The notes: generated from the letters alone by a model not told the origin. Numbered from the stretch's first letter, positions 27,233 through 37,790 are shown. The stretch: 58,238 nucleotides of DNA from a virus (IMGVR_UViG_3300050343_000240:1-58238); one strand, 5' to 3'. Translations and numbers: made by a program.

Positions 27233-27364
27233 AAAATACTTTTAAGCAAATAAACCAAACATTATTGAAAATAACTGGTATGTTATGGGTGCTATTTACA
27301 GCAGCCGTATATATTATAATGATATTATCAATAATAAAATTACTATTCAAATAAATTTAATTAA

Positions 27365-28924
27365 ATGGAATATAATAACCCGAGTGAGATTGTAAAAAAT
27401 CTTGACTTTGGCAGTAATGCTAAGTCTAAGATATTAAATGGTATTGAAAAGCTATCAGAAGCAGTTAGTTCAACGCTAGGTGCATCTGGAAAATGCGTGA
27501 TATACGAAGATGCTATGGGAAAGCCCGTAGTAACCAAAGATGGAGTGACTGTTGCTAATAGTGTAGTCCTTATTGACCCAGTGGAAAATATAGGCGCAAC
27601 CCTCATTAAAGAGGCAGCACAAAAAACAGTTAAAGAAGCGGGAGACGGTACGACAACCTCTACCGTCCTCGCACACTCTATATTAAAAGAATGTATTGCT
27701 GCAGATAATATAACAGTAAGGCAAATAAAGCAAAGTGTTGAAGCAGCAAAAGAAAAAGTGATCAAATACCTTGATGATTCTAAAATTAAGGTAACAAACA
27801 AGATGCTCGAATCAGTTGCATCGATTTCTGTAAACAATGATGCTGAATTAGGTGGTATAATAGCCAAAGCCTATAAAAAAGTAGGTAAAGATGGTATTGT
27901 ACTCATGGAAGAGTCAGATACAGAACAAACATATGTAGATATAATAGATGGTGTAGAATTTGATTCAGGTTTGAAATCACAACACTTAGTTACAGATACA
28001 GAAAAGAATAAAGCTGAACTTGACAACCCTTGTATATTAATAATTGGCTCACCAGTTGCAAATATACGTAAAATACAAAATGTATTAGAGTATGTTATAA
28101 AATCAAACAAAAGTTTGCTGATTGTAGCTAATTTAGAGCAACAACCGTTATCTGCACTTATAATGAATAAAGTAAAAGGTAACATAAAGGTTAATATAGT
28201 TGATCCGCCTGGCTTTGGACCAACAAAGCAAGACACGTTACAAGATTTAGCTGCAATAACAGGTGCAACAGTAATTTCTGAAGAATTAGGCGATGATTTA
28301 GATTTAATTAACCCTAGTTGCTTAGGTGTAGCGCAAAAAACAGTTACAGATCAAAATGGTACTGTAGTTACTGTAGAAACAATGCCCGAAGATGTTAAAG
28401 AGCGCATTGTAACTGTAAAGAAAAAAATTAAGAATGAAAAGAACGCTTTTATTAAAACAAAGCTAGAACAAAGACTAGCAATGTTATCTGGAGCTGTCGG
28501 AATCATTAAAGTAGGTGCTAATAGTAAAGTAGAGCTAAAAGAGAAAAAAGATCGTGTAGAAGATGCGATACATGCTGTAAAAGCGGCTCTAAGAGAAGGT
28601 ATAGTTCCAGGCGCGGGTATTGCACTGCATAATGCAGCAGATGAATTAAAATCTGATAACAAGGAAGAAATACTATATAAAGCCATAAAAGCACCTTATA
28701 AAACAATACTGGATAACGCTGGCATTACTTATGGTCCATTTATGGATAAAGGTAAAGGAGTAAACGTAGTTACTGGTTTAGGATGTGATCTTGTGAAAGC
28801 AGGTATCATAGATCCTGTACTTGTTACTAAAACGGCACTTATAAATGCAGTGTCAGTTGCACTTACTATAATTTCAGCAGATTGTATAATTTCAAATGTT
28901 AGAGTCAATGAAGGCAGTAAATAA
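27365..28924 (+). CDS. groEL: Group I chaperonin GroEL
   Basis: VTKDGVTVA, AGDGTTT, KKDRVEDA, GIVPGAG and GIIDP motifs; no GGM tail. Confidence 0.97.
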   Translation: MEYNNPSEIVKNLDFGSNAKSKILNGIEKLSEAVSSTLGASGKCVIYEDAMGKPVVTKDGVTVANSVVLIDPVENIGATLIKEAAQKTVKEAGDGTTTSTVLAHSILKECIAADNITVRQIKQSVEAAKEKVIKYLDDSKIKVTNKMLESVASISVNNDAELGGIIAKAYKKVGKDGIVLMEESDTEQTYVDIIDGVEFDSGLKSQHLVTDTEKNKAELDNPCILIIGSPVANIRKIQNVLEYVIKSNKSLLIVANLEQQPLSALIMNKVKGNIKVNIVDPPGFGPTKQDTLQDLAAITGATVISEELGDDLDLINPSCLGVAQKTVTDQNGTVVTVETMPEDVKERIVTVKKKIKNEKNAFIKTKLEQRLAMLSGAVGIIKVGANSKVELKEKKDRVEDAIHAVKAALREGIVPGAGIALHNAADELKSDNKEEILYKAIKAPYKTILDNAGITYGPFMDKGKGVNVVTGLGCDLVKAGIIDPVLVTKTALINAVSVALTIISADCIISNVRVNEGSK

Positions 28925-29162
28925 TTATATAATCATAACTAAGATTAAAGAAGAGCTTAAAACCGATTTTGGTTTTATAATGCAAGACACGAAAGGTGAA
29001 ATCCGGTATTCAAAAGGAAAAGTAGTTAACTGCGGTGAGAAAACCGAGTGCATAAACCCTGATGACGTAATATACTACGATAAACGTGCAGGTCACGATT
29101 TAATTTATGAGGGTAAAAGTTACACAGTTATAAAACAACAAGATGTAGTTATTGTAGAATGA
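28908..29162 (+). CDS. groES: Co-chaperonin GroES
   Basis: MKAVNNYIII...GKVVNCG...DVIYY...YTVIKQQDVV; overlaps the groEL stop. Confidence 0.85.
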   Translation: MKAVNNYIIITKIKEELKTDFGFIMQDTKGEIRYSKGKVVNCGEKTECINPDDVIYYDKRAGHDLIYEGKSYTVIKQQDVVIVE

Positions 29163-29599
29163 GAATAGATGCTGCAGACCTACGCGAGATGCAACTTTTC
29201 CGGTATTATAGGTTAACCCGAAAGTGGGCTTGTAAAACATACGGGCTCACTGACGGGGACCTTGAATTATTAATTTATTTAGATTGCGTTGGGCGATTTA
29301 CGCGTAATGATTATAAAAACGGCACTTACTTAATGAGTTGGGATAAACACCGTTGGGAAAAATTGCGTAAAGAAGATTGGATTGTTGTTTGGAGAAAAAG
29401 AAACCATACAACACAAAAGTATCATATATTTCAAACTTCTAACCGATGCAAACGACTAATAACCAGAATATACAATATATTATTAGGCAAAGAAGATATA
29501 CCTTTTAAGAAAACAAGTGTATTCTATAATAACAAGACATACACTGATAAAGTCTTTAACAAGGCTATTGATGATATGCTAAAAGATAACGAACGCTAA
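29159..29599 (+). CDS. Hypothetical protein, possibly winged-helix
   Basis: YGLTDGDLELLIYL...FTRND resembles a MarR-like N-terminus. Confidence 0.5.
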   Translation: MRIDAADLREMQLFRYYRLTRKWACKTYGLTDGDLELLIYLDCVGRFTRNDYKNGTYLMSWDKHRWEKLRKEDWIVVWRKRNHTTQKYHIFQTSNRCKRLITRIYNILLGKEDIPFKKTSVFYNNKTYTDKVFNKAIDDMLKDNER

Positions 29600-29610
29600 A
29601 AACTAAGATT

Positions 29611-29709
29611 ATGCCAAAAGGAATAGGAACTTACGGAACAAAAAGAGGTAGACCACCTGGAAAAGGAACAAAAACAAAAACAAAAAATAAGTCTAAAACC
29701 AAAAAGTAA
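29611..29709 (+). CDS. 32-aa basic peptide with AT-hook-like KRGRP
   Basis: MPKGIGTYGTKRGRPPGKG...; its stop overlaps the next ATG (TAATG). Confidence 0.7.
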   Translation: MPKGIGTYGTKRGRPPGKGTKTKTKNKSKTKK

Positions 29710-30008
29710 TGGCTACTAAGCTTGATAAATCGAAAATGGCGTGCAATAAGCCACGCCGTTCTCCTAAAAAAGATAAAAAGAAAGTGGTAAAAGCTTGCTC
29801 TGGTGGTACAGAAAAAATTATTCATTTTGGGCATAGCTCATATGGGCATAATTACAGCGCAGCTGCTAGAAAATCTTTTAAAGCAAGACATAAATGTAGT
29901 ACAGCCAAAGATAAGTTAACTGCCAGGTATTGGTCTTGTAAAAATCTTTGGGGAGGAAAAGGTAAATCTACTAAATCAAATCCTAAAGGAGTAAGAGGTA
30001 AATACTAA
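29709..30008 (+). CDS. Small basic protein
   Basis: KIIHFG...ARKSFKARHKC...TARYWSCKNLW, a recurrent phage motif. Confidence 0.8.
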   Translation: MATKLDKSKMACNKPRRSPKKDKKKVVKACSGGTEKIIHFGHSSYGHNYSAAARKSFKARHKCSTAKDKLTARYWSCKNLWGGKGKSTKSNPKGVRGKY

Positions 30009-30115
30009 TGAAAAAATTATCACCAAAACAAATGCGCATTGCTAAGATGGCAAAGCCTTATAATAAAATCACAGGAGCTGATTTTAAAATGTTGAAAAAC
30101 AAAAAAAGAAAGTAA
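30008..30115 (+). CDS. 35-aa basic peptide (MKKLSPKQMRIAK...KITGADFKML)
   Basis: Translated by hand; TAATG coupling at both ends. Confidence 0.7.
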   Translation: MKKLSPKQMRIAKMAKPYNKITGADFKMLKNKKRK

Positions 30116-30249
30116 TGGCTAAGGATGCATGCTACCATAAGGTAAAAAAAAGATATCGTGTGTTTCCTTCTGCTTATGCAAGTGGTGCTATAGCTAAATG
30201 CCGAAAAGTCGGTGCAAAAAACTGGGGCCGTGGCGGTAAGAAAAAGTAA
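30115..30249 (+). CDS. 44-aa basic peptide (MAKDACYHKVK...PSAYASGAIAKCRK)
   Basis: Translated by hand; TAATG coupling. Confidence 0.7.
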   Translation: MAKDACYHKVKKRYRVFPSAYASGAIAKCRKVGAKNWGRGGKKK

Positions 30250-30505
30250 AAAAGGTGCAAGCCTAAAAAGATGGTTTAAAGAAGAATGGACTGATGTCCG
30301 TACAGGTAAGCCATGCGGTAGAACCAAGGGAGAAAAGCGAGGTGTGCCGTATTGCCGTCCTAAAAAACGTATATCTTCTGCAACCCCTAAAACTGCTTCA
30401 GAAATGTCAGCTTCTGAAAAAAGAAAAAAAATATCAGAAAAGAAAAGATTAGGTCAACCAGCTGGCAAACCTAAAAGAGTTAAATCTTTAAAAAGAAGAA
30501 AATGA
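30230..30505 (+). CDS. Small basic protein
   Basis: LKRWFKEEW...CGR...YCRP...TPKT; likely GTG start at 30230. Confidence 0.75.
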   Translation: MAVRKSKKGASLKRWFKEEWTDVRTGKPCGRTKGEKRGVPYCRPKKRISSATPKTASEMSASEKRKKISEKKRLGQPAGKPKRVKSLKRRK

Positions 30506-30657
30506 AATCAAAAGGATTGGGCGATTCAATAGAAAAAATCACAACTAAAACTGGTATTAAAACAATGACTGAAAAAATATCAGAAGGTTTAGGTATTCCA
30601 TGTGGTTGTCAAAAAAGAAAAGATAAATTAAATAAACTATTTCCATATAAAAATTAA
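30502..30657 (+). CDS. 51-aa protein (GLGD...CGC...LN)
   Basis: Translated by hand; ATGA overlap with the upstream gene. Confidence 0.7.
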   Translation: MKSKGLGDSIEKITTKTGIKTMTEKISEGLGIPCGCQKRKDKLNKLFPYKN

Positions 30658-30662
30658 ATATT

Positions 30663-30941
30663 ATGATTGCAAGTATTATTATAAACTTTGTTTTATTATT
30701 GGCATTAGTGTACATGATATTCGTACACATTGGTTTTTTTAAAGATGAAGATAAAAATTTTATACCTGATTCTTTAGAGGCTAAAATCAAAAATTTAAAA
30801 GAAGATATTTCTGAAATTAAATCAAGAGTTGGTGAAGAAATAGAAGATGTTAAAGATGCTGTTAAAGAAGTAGGTAATCAATTAGATGATATACCCGCAG
30901 CAATGAAAACAAAAAGAAAAGGTAGAAAGAAAAATGCCTAA
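30663..30941 (+). CDS. Membrane-anchored coiled-coil protein
   Basis: N-terminal TM followed by a charged coil. Confidence 0.65.
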   Translation: MIASIIINFVLLLALVYMIFVHIGFFKDEDKNFIPDSLEAKIKNLKEDISEIKSRVGEEIEDVKDAVKEVGNQLDDIPAAMKTKRKGRKKNA

Positions 30942-31350
30942 CAAAAAAAAGTTTAAAGAAACTGGCGTAGGCAAATTTTTATTAGAAAAAATACCAGATG
31001 TAGTTGGCGCTATAGCTGGTGATACACCTGTAGGTTCTGTTATACAGGCTATCATTGGAGGCTCTGATATGAGTGAAAATGATAAGGAAATAGCTCTTGA
31101 AAAACTAAAAGCAGAGCGAGCAGAAATAGACGGCACTACCAAAAGATGGGTTGCTGATGCAACATCAGGTTCTTGGCTAGCTGCTAATGTAAGACCATTA
31201 ATTTTAGTATTCTTAACAGTGTCTTATGTTATTGGTTGGTATATGGGATATTCATTAGATGACATAACAGGATTACTTACTATAGTAATTGGAGGATACT
31301 TTGGATCGCGAGGTGTTGAAAAAGTATTTGGTAATAATAAACATAGATAA
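30934..31350 (+). CDS. Holin (3TM/GTA-holin-like)
   Basis: RWVAD...SWLAANVRPL, TM segments and GGYFGSRGVEK. Confidence 0.75.
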   Translation: MPNKKKFKETGVGKFLLEKIPDVVGAIAGDTPVGSVIQAIIGGSDMSENDKEIALEKLKAERAEIDGTTKRWVADATSGSWLAANVRPLILVFLTVSYVIGWYMGYSLDDITGLLTIVIGGYFGSRGVEKVFGNNKHR

Positions 31351-31709
31351 TGGCTAAGATAAGTACTTATGCAAAAGATACCCTAGTACAAGAAACTGAT
31401 AAATGGATTGGAACGGATGGCCCTACTGGGATAACTAAAAACTTTAGTCCTGACGCTTTACTTGATTATTATGTAGATAATGGAAAGATAGGTGTTGGAG
31501 CTATTGAAGTTGGTGATACTGCAAGTAGACCAACGGCACCTCCAGAACTTTTTGAAGGTTTAACAAGATACAATACAGACACAAAAAAAATAGAAATATA
31601 TAATAGTTTTGGCTGGTATAATATGGGACCAGAATATCGAGCAGGTGCAGATTCAATAATATTAACTTCAGATTCAACAACATATAAAATAAGCGAAAGA
31701 ACACACTAA
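31350..31709 (+). CDS. Small tail-associated protein
   Basis: GDTASRP...GLTRYNTD...EIY tail-fibre-type motif. Confidence 0.6.
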   Translation: MAKISTYAKDTLVQETDKWIGTDGPTGITKNFSPDALLDYYVDNGKIGVGAIEVGDTASRPTAPPELFEGLTRYNTDTKKIEIYNSFGWYNMGPEYRAGADSIILTSDSTTYKISERTH

Positions 31710-31710
31710 A

Positions 31711-34700
31711 ATGGCAAAACAAGTAATCAATATAGGCGCAATCGCAAATGACGGAACTGGCGATCCCGTAAGAACTGCGTTTGATAAATCTAATGATAAC
31801 TTTACAGAGTTATATGGTAAACCAGATTTATCTTTATCAGCTAATACTTTAACACTAACAAGAGCAGATGGATCGACAGATACTGTTGATTTATCTATTT
31901 ATTTAGATGAAGATTCTAGATCTATATCGAGTGGTACAGTAAATGAATCAGGTATAGTAACATTTATAAGAGATGACGCCTCAACGTTTACACTTGATTT
32001 GTCAGCTTTATTACTTGTAACTAGTGTAAACAATCAAGTTGGAGCAGTAGTTTTAGATGCTGACGATATTAATGATGCATCCACAACAAATAAATTTACC
32101 ACTGCTGAAGATATTTCTAAATTATCAGGTATTGAAGAAAACGCAGACATAACAGATACGACAAATGTAACTGCGTCTGGTGCTTTAATGGATTCTGAAG
32201 TAACAGACCTTGCTGGTATTAAAGCAATAACCATTTCAACATTACAGCCAAAGCCTTCAGAAGGAGCGTTTGCAAACGGCGATAAAACTAAATTAGATGG
32301 TGTTGAAGAAAATGCAGATGTTACTGATACAAATAACGTAACTGCCGCTGGGGCCTTGATGGATTCAGAAGTAGTTAACTTATCGCAAGTAAAAGCATTT
32401 GATTCTTCAGACTATGCAACCGCAGCTCAGGGAACTTTAGCTGATAGTGCTCAACAGCCGCTAGCGGAGGGTGCATTCGTAGATGGTGATAAAACTAAAT
32501 TGGATAGCATAGAAGCGAATGCGGATGCAACAGATGCAGCTAGCGTAACTGCTGCCGGAGCATTAATGGATTCTGAAGTAACTGATTTAACTGGTATTAA
32601 AGGGGTTACAGTTTCTACTTTGCAAGTAAAACCATCAGAAGGTGCTTTTACGGATGGTGATAAAACAAAGCTAAATAGTATAGAATCAGGTGCTGAAGTT
32701 AATCGTACTGATGGAGCAATTAGAGATATAGTTGGAGGAATGTTAGGTGGTACTGAAACAGGAATTTCAGTAACTTACCAAAATGGCACTGGTGATATTG
32801 ATTTTGTGGTTGAGTCACAAACAGACGAAAACTTCACGACTGCGGATCACTCTAAATTGAATGGTATTGAAGTGGGTGCAGAAGTAAACACTGTTGATTC
32901 AGTTAATACTCAAACAGGTGCAGTTGTACTTGATTCAGATGATATTTCTGAAGGAACAACAAATAGATATGATCAAACAGTCAGTTTGGCAGCAGGTACG
33001 AATATAACAGTTACTGGGACATATCCTTCATTTACAATTGAATCGGCAAATACAAATACACAGTTATCTACCGAAGAAGTTCAGGATATTGTTGGCGCTA
33101 TGTTCACAGGTAATACACAAACAGGCATAACAGTAACATATCAAGACGATGATGGAACCATAGATTTATCTACAAGCATTGGCGATATTACTGAAGTACT
33201 TGTTGGCGGAGGTTTAGTGGGAGGAGGTACTACTGGTTCAGTCACTATTACACACGAAGATACCTCAGGACAGGCATCTGTAAATAATTCTGGCAGAACC
33301 TACATTCAAGGCGTAACTCTTGACGATTATGGGCATGTCACAGGTTTAACCTCTGCAACTGAATCGGTTAGCAACACGGATACTAATTATTTCTTAGATG
33401 GTATTACTAAATCCGGTAATGTTTTAACTTTTAGCGTTAGTGGGGCTACAAACCAAACATATACTTTTGGTTCTAATGCTTTTACGTCTACAGCAATTCC
33501 TACAAACAATAGTGACCTTCCAAATGGTGCTGGTTATGCAACAACAGCAGAAGTAAATACAGCAATAAGCAATGTGATTGATACTGCTCCAGCTAATTTA
33601 GATACTCTTAATGAGTTAGCTGCGGCTTTAGGTGATGATGCAAACTTTGCATCTACAGTAACAACAGCTTTAGCTGGTAAACAAGCTGTAGGAACTTACA
33701 ACACAATAATAGGTACTGATACGGACATTAACACTTCTGGTTCTACCATTGTTGATAATATAAATGTTACGGACGGAGTTATTACTTCAATGGGCACCAG
33801 AGTTTTAACATTAGCGGATCTTGGCTATACAGGGGCTACTAACGCAAATAATTATTCTCACCCAACTTTTAACGGTGATGACTTTTCAATTGATACCGGC
33901 GCTTTAACTGGGGCTACTGTTATTAGTGATTTAGACATTAATATAACTACTAATTCTCAAGGTCATGTAACAGATACAAACGGAACTGTAGCAACTAGAA
34001 ATCTTACATTGGCTAATTTAGGATATACGGGAGCGACTAATGCAAACTATATTACTAATAATAATCAGTTAACAAATGGAGCAGGATATACAACAAACAC
34101 CGGAACCATCACAAGTGTATCCACTTCAGCGGGTTTAGATGGGGCTGCAACAAGTGGTGGAGTAACAATTTCTTTAGATTTATCAGAACTTACTGATATG
34201 ACAGCTGCAGTTAGTACAACTGTAGATGAGTTAATTTTATTGGACAACGGAGCAGAACGAAGAAAACGGTTTAGTGAAATATTTGGTTCTAATGCATATA
34301 ATAGTACCACTATACCCACAAATAATAATCAGCTTACAAACGGAGCTAGCTATTTAACAACTTCAGGAAAAGCTGCTGACTCTAACTTACTGGATGGATT
34401 AGACCTTCATACAGGTAGAAATAATGTGGCAAATAGAGTTGTTAGAACAAATGGTAGTGGATATGCAGAGTTTGGTTGGATTAATACAACATCTGGTAAT
34501 ACTACAAACACAATAACAGATATTTATGTAAACACAAATGATGGATATATAAGAAAAGCTACAGGTGCTCATTTTAGATCTCAAGTAACAGATGCATATT
34601 ACACAAACAATGCTGGTGATATTACTAATGTAACAGCTGGTGGTGGTTTGACTGGCGGTGGAACCTCAGGGTCTGTTACAGTAAGTCACAGTAACACTTC

Positions 34701-35367
34701 GTCACAAGCATCGGTTAACAATTCGGGGCGTACATATATTCAAGATATAAGTTTAGATACTTACGGTCATATTACATCTATAACCTCTGCGACAGAAACA
34801 GTAGTAAATACAGACACAAATACTACATATTCAGCAGATGGAAATTATGGGATGACATTAAGCGGTACTGCATTCAGATTAGAAAATGACCGAAGAAGAA
34901 ATTCAACTTCTACGGATGTTCATACTGGTAATACGCATGATTATACTTTCTATGATGCTTCTCACGGTATTAGATGGTACACAGCGGGTGCAGAAGAAAT
35001 GCGACTTGAAAATGACGGTGATCTACACGTAGACGGGGATGTAATTGCGTTTTCAACTACCGTATCTGATGAAAGATTAAAAGATAATATTATTACTATT
35101 GACAGCGCACTCGATAAAGTTGAAGCTTTAAGAGGTGTGTCATATACGTGGAACGAGGGAAATAGAAAAGGTAAATCTGAAATAGGTGTTATTGCACAGG
35201 AAGTTGAAAAGGTATTTCCCGATATAGTGCATGATAAAAAATTACCTTTTGTAAATGATAAAGAATATAAGACTGTAGATTATGAAAAATTAACAGCAGT
35301 ACTTATCGAAGCCGTTAAAGAATTATCACAAGAAGTAAAAGAATTAAAAAAACAAATAAATGGCTAA
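31711..35367 (+). CDS. Long tail fibre with C-terminal peptidase S74 intramolecular chaperone
   Basis: MAKQVINIG..NDGTGD N-terminus, internal repeats, APANLDTLNELAAALGDD, and SDERLKDNI...GVIAQEV...VDYEKL. Confidence 0.9.
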   Translation: MAKQVINIGAIANDGTGDPVRTAFDKSNDNFTELYGKPDLSLSANTLTLTRADGSTDTVDLSIYLDEDSRSISSGTVNESGIVTFIRDDASTFTLDLSALLLVTSVNNQVGAVVLDADDINDASTTNKFTTAEDISKLSGIEENADITDTTNVTASGALMDSEVTDLAGIKAITISTLQPKPSEGAFANGDKTKLDGVEENADVTDTNNVTAAGALMDSEVVNLSQVKAFDSSDYATAAQGTLADSAQQPLAEGAFVDGDKTKLDSIEANADATDAASVTAAGALMDSEVTDLTGIKGVTVSTLQVKPSEGAFTDGDKTKLNSIESGAEVNRTDGAIRDIVGGMLGGTETGISVTYQNGTGDIDFVVESQTDENFTTADHSKLNGIEVGAEVNTVDSVNTQTGAVVLDSDDISEGTTNRYDQTVSLAAGTNITVTGTYPSFTIESANTNTQLSTEEVQDIVGAMFTGNTQTGITVTYQDDDGTIDLSTSIGDITEVLVGGGLVGGGTTGSVTITHEDTSGQASVNNSGRTYIQGVTLDDYGHVTGLTSATESVSNTDTNYFLDGITKSGNVLTFSVSGATNQTYTFGSNAFTSTAIPTNNSDLPNGAGYATTAEVNTAISNVIDTAPANLDTLNELAAALGDDANFASTVTTALAGKQAVGTYNTIIGTDTDINTSGSTIVDNINVTDGVITSMGTRVLTLADLGYTGATNANNYSHPTFNGDDFSIDTGALTGATVISDLDINITTNSQGHVTDTNGTVATRNLTLANLGYTGATNANYITNNNQLTNGAGYTTNTGTITSVSTSAGLDGAATSGGVTISLDLSELTDMTAAVSTTVDELILLDNGAERRKRFSEIFGSNAYNSTTIPTNNNQLTNGASYLTTSGKAADSNLLDGLDLHTGRNNVANRVVRTNGSGYAEFGWINTTSGNTTNTITDIYVNTNDGYIRKATGAHFRSQVTDAYYTNNAGDITNVTAGGGLTGGGTSGSVTVSHSNTSSQASVNNSGRTYIQDISLDTYGHITSITSATETVVNTDTNTTYSADGNYGMTLSGTAFRLENDRRRNSTSTDVHTGNTHDYTFYDASHGIRWYTAGAEEMRLENDGDLHVDGDVIAFSTTVSDERLKDNIITIDSALDKVEALRGVSYTWNEGNRKGKSEIGVIAQEVEKVFPDIVHDKKLPFVNDKEYKTVDYEKLTAVLIEAVKELSQEVKELKKQING

Positions 35368-35908
35368 AGCAAGACAAGAACATATTAGTATTCAAACGTA
35401 TAATTCAGACACGCCTCAAGGATGGGAAGTGTTAAAAGGGTTCGAAAATTACTATATAGATGAAAATGATAAAAAAATATCTATTTCTGAAGGTATTAAT
35501 TTTAACTTATCCCATATACTAAGCGAAGAGGATTGGATTAGATTTGGATTTTACCCATACGTAGAGCCTGAGCATAATACATCTATTGAAAAAGTAGATA
35601 GTATTGAGTTTGATGAAGATAATTTAATATATAATGCAGTAATTGCAAAAAAAGAGTGGTATGAAAGTTTACCTAGCATGAAAACTAGAAAAATTTCTAG
35701 CATTAAAAATTCATATAATCAAATACTATCACAAACAGATTGGATAATTATTAGAAATATAGAATTAGGAGTTGCAACAGATCAGTCTATTTTAGATGAA
35801 AGAGCGGCATTACGAGTGAAGTGTGCTACTCAAGAATCAGAAATAAATGCTCTTACAACAATAGAAGATGTAGTATTATATGAATTACCAGAACCTGAAT
35901 TAGTATAA
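35360..35908 (+). CDS. Tail fibre assembly chaperone-like protein
   Basis: LSQTDW...RAALR motif; directly after the fibre gene. Confidence 0.55.
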   Translation: MAKARQEHISIQTYNSDTPQGWEVLKGFENYYIDENDKKISISEGINFNLSHILSEEDWIRFGFYPYVEPEHNTSIEKVDSIEFDEDNLIYNAVIAKKEWYESLPSMKTRKISSIKNSYNQILSQTDWIIIRNIELGVATDQSILDERAALRVKCATQESEINALTTIEDVVLYELPEPELV

Positions 35909-35912
35909 TAAT

Positions 35913-37700
35913 ATGGCATTACAATCAAGTGGACAAATAGATATAAGTGATATTAAAGCTGAGTTAGGCAGCACAAGCGGTTCACTACGCACATTATCAG
36001 CAGCTGCGGGCTTAACATCACCTGATGCTATGAGTGAATTTTATGGTTATTCATCTTTTGTAGAACCAGATGAATATTTGAATATTTCAAACTGGACAGG
36101 AAATGGTGGCACAAAAAGTATTACAGGTAAGATAGGCCAATCAGCGGAATTTAATGGGAGTAGTAGTAGAATAAATTTACCTAATAATCCTATAAACGGA
36201 AAAACAAGTGTTAGTGCAGCTTTTTGGTTAAATTCAGCCAATCCGACCAGAGCAGTTCATCAATATTTACTTAGTTTTGTTAATTCAATTTCGGGGTGGG
36301 AAGGGGTTGGTATAAGACTCACTGGAACTCCTGGTAAAATTGGTATTGTTAGGGCAAAAAGCGGGGCTGTAACAGTTGCGGAAAATAGCAGTTACACTGT
36401 AGTTGCAAATACATGGGTTCACGTAGCGGTAACATGTTCGCAGTCCCAAGCAAAGATTTATATAAATGGTAGTTTAGATTCTACACATTCTGTATCAGGA
36501 TTTACTACTAATAATACAGGCTCGTTTGACATAGGTATGAATCAATACAACGCGTCGACAACTCAAGCTTTTTTTCACGGTGAACTTGATGAAATTTATG
36601 TTTACGGAGATATATTGTCGTCAACAGAAGTTGGGTATATATATAATAATACAACAGCTTCTATACCATCTGACAATTTGTTGGCCTATTATAAATTTAA
36701 TGGTAATGCAGAAGACGAACAAGGTAGCTATGACGGAACACCTACAAACGTAGGTTTTGTAGGTATGAAATTTCAACCTGATTTAGTTTGGATAAAAGGC
36801 CTTGATAATACTTGGGATCATTTAGTATTTGATGTAACTAGGGGCGGAAATAAATATTTAAAAGCAAACGAAACAAGTGCTGAATCAGGCGTAGCAAATT
36901 GGATTAGTTATCCAAGTGGGGGATTTAAGTTAACTAGCGTAGGGGGAGCCGTAAACCAAAACGGAGAAAAATTTGTTAGTTATAATTTTAAGGCGGGAGG
37001 AACTGCTTCCGCTAACAATAATGGGGTAACATCAGGAAGCGTAACTGCGGTGACTTCAACAGTATCTGCTAATGTTGGAGCAGGGTTTTCTATTAATAAA
37101 TTTACTACACCTTCAAGCGGATTTCCATCTTGGGGGCACGGATTATCATCAGCACCCGAACTAATAGCAGTGAAGGCAACAGGTCTAACGCAAAATTGGG
37201 CTGTTTATGCTCCTTCATTATTAGGTCAAAAAGCTGCACAATTCAATACGAGTTCAGCATTTACTGCTTATTCCCCTAATATTATAAGCGTAAATAGTAG
37301 TAAAATTGATTTAGGTCGTTCAGGGTATGGATTAAGTGGTAATTCAGAGTACATCGCCTACTGCTTTCACTCTGTTCCTGGGCTTAGTAAAATAGGAACC
37401 TATGTAGGCAACGGTTCATTAACTGGGCCTACTGTTACAACAGGTTTTAAACCACGTTTTCTTATTTTAAAATCAACTTCTCATACGGGTCATTGGGTCT
37501 TGATGGATGCAGTAAGAGAAGCTGGTCGTAATGACATATTATACGCTTACACACTTTTTAGTATATCTAGCTATGCTTCAATTGATGGTTACCCTGGTAC
37601 CAAATTTATACAACTTAATTCTAATGGTTTTCAACTTAAAACTAATTCTACTTCTTTTAACGGAAATGCAAGAAGCTATATGTATTATGCAGTAGCATAA
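35913..37700 (+). CDS. Virion protein with LamG/concanavalin-A-like domain (receptor-binding candidate)
   Basis: SAEFNGSSSRI, WVHVAVT, KIYINGSL, FHGELDEIYVY; FQPDLVWIK and GFKPRFLILK repeats. Confidence 0.8.
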   Translation: MALQSSGQIDISDIKAELGSTSGSLRTLSAAAGLTSPDAMSEFYGYSSFVEPDEYLNISNWTGNGGTKSITGKIGQSAEFNGSSSRINLPNNPINGKTSVSAAFWLNSANPTRAVHQYLLSFVNSISGWEGVGIRLTGTPGKIGIVRAKSGAVTVAENSSYTVVANTWVHVAVTCSQSQAKIYINGSLDSTHSVSGFTTNNTGSFDIGMNQYNASTTQAFFHGELDEIYVYGDILSSTEVGYIYNNTTASIPSDNLLAYYKFNGNAEDEQGSYDGTPTNVGFVGMKFQPDLVWIKGLDNTWDHLVFDVTRGGNKYLKANETSAESGVANWISYPSGGFKLTSVGGAVNQNGEKFVSYNFKAGGTASANNNGVTSGSVTAVTSTVSANVGAGFSINKFTTPSSGFPSWGHGLSSAPELIAVKATGLTQNWAVYAPSLLGQKAAQFNTSSAFTAYSPNIISVNSSKIDLGRSGYGLSGNSEYIAYCFHSVPGLSKIGTYVGNGSLTGPTVTTGFKPRFLILKSTSHTGHWVLMDAVREAGRNDILYAYTLFSISSYASIDGYPGTKFIQLNSNGFQLKTNSTSFNGNARSYMYYAVA

Positions 37701-37790
37701 AATAATGAAACAATTGAATATATATTTATTCAACGCAATAATTATTAAATTTATGTAATATATATTATAATCTAATTAAATACTTTAAAT

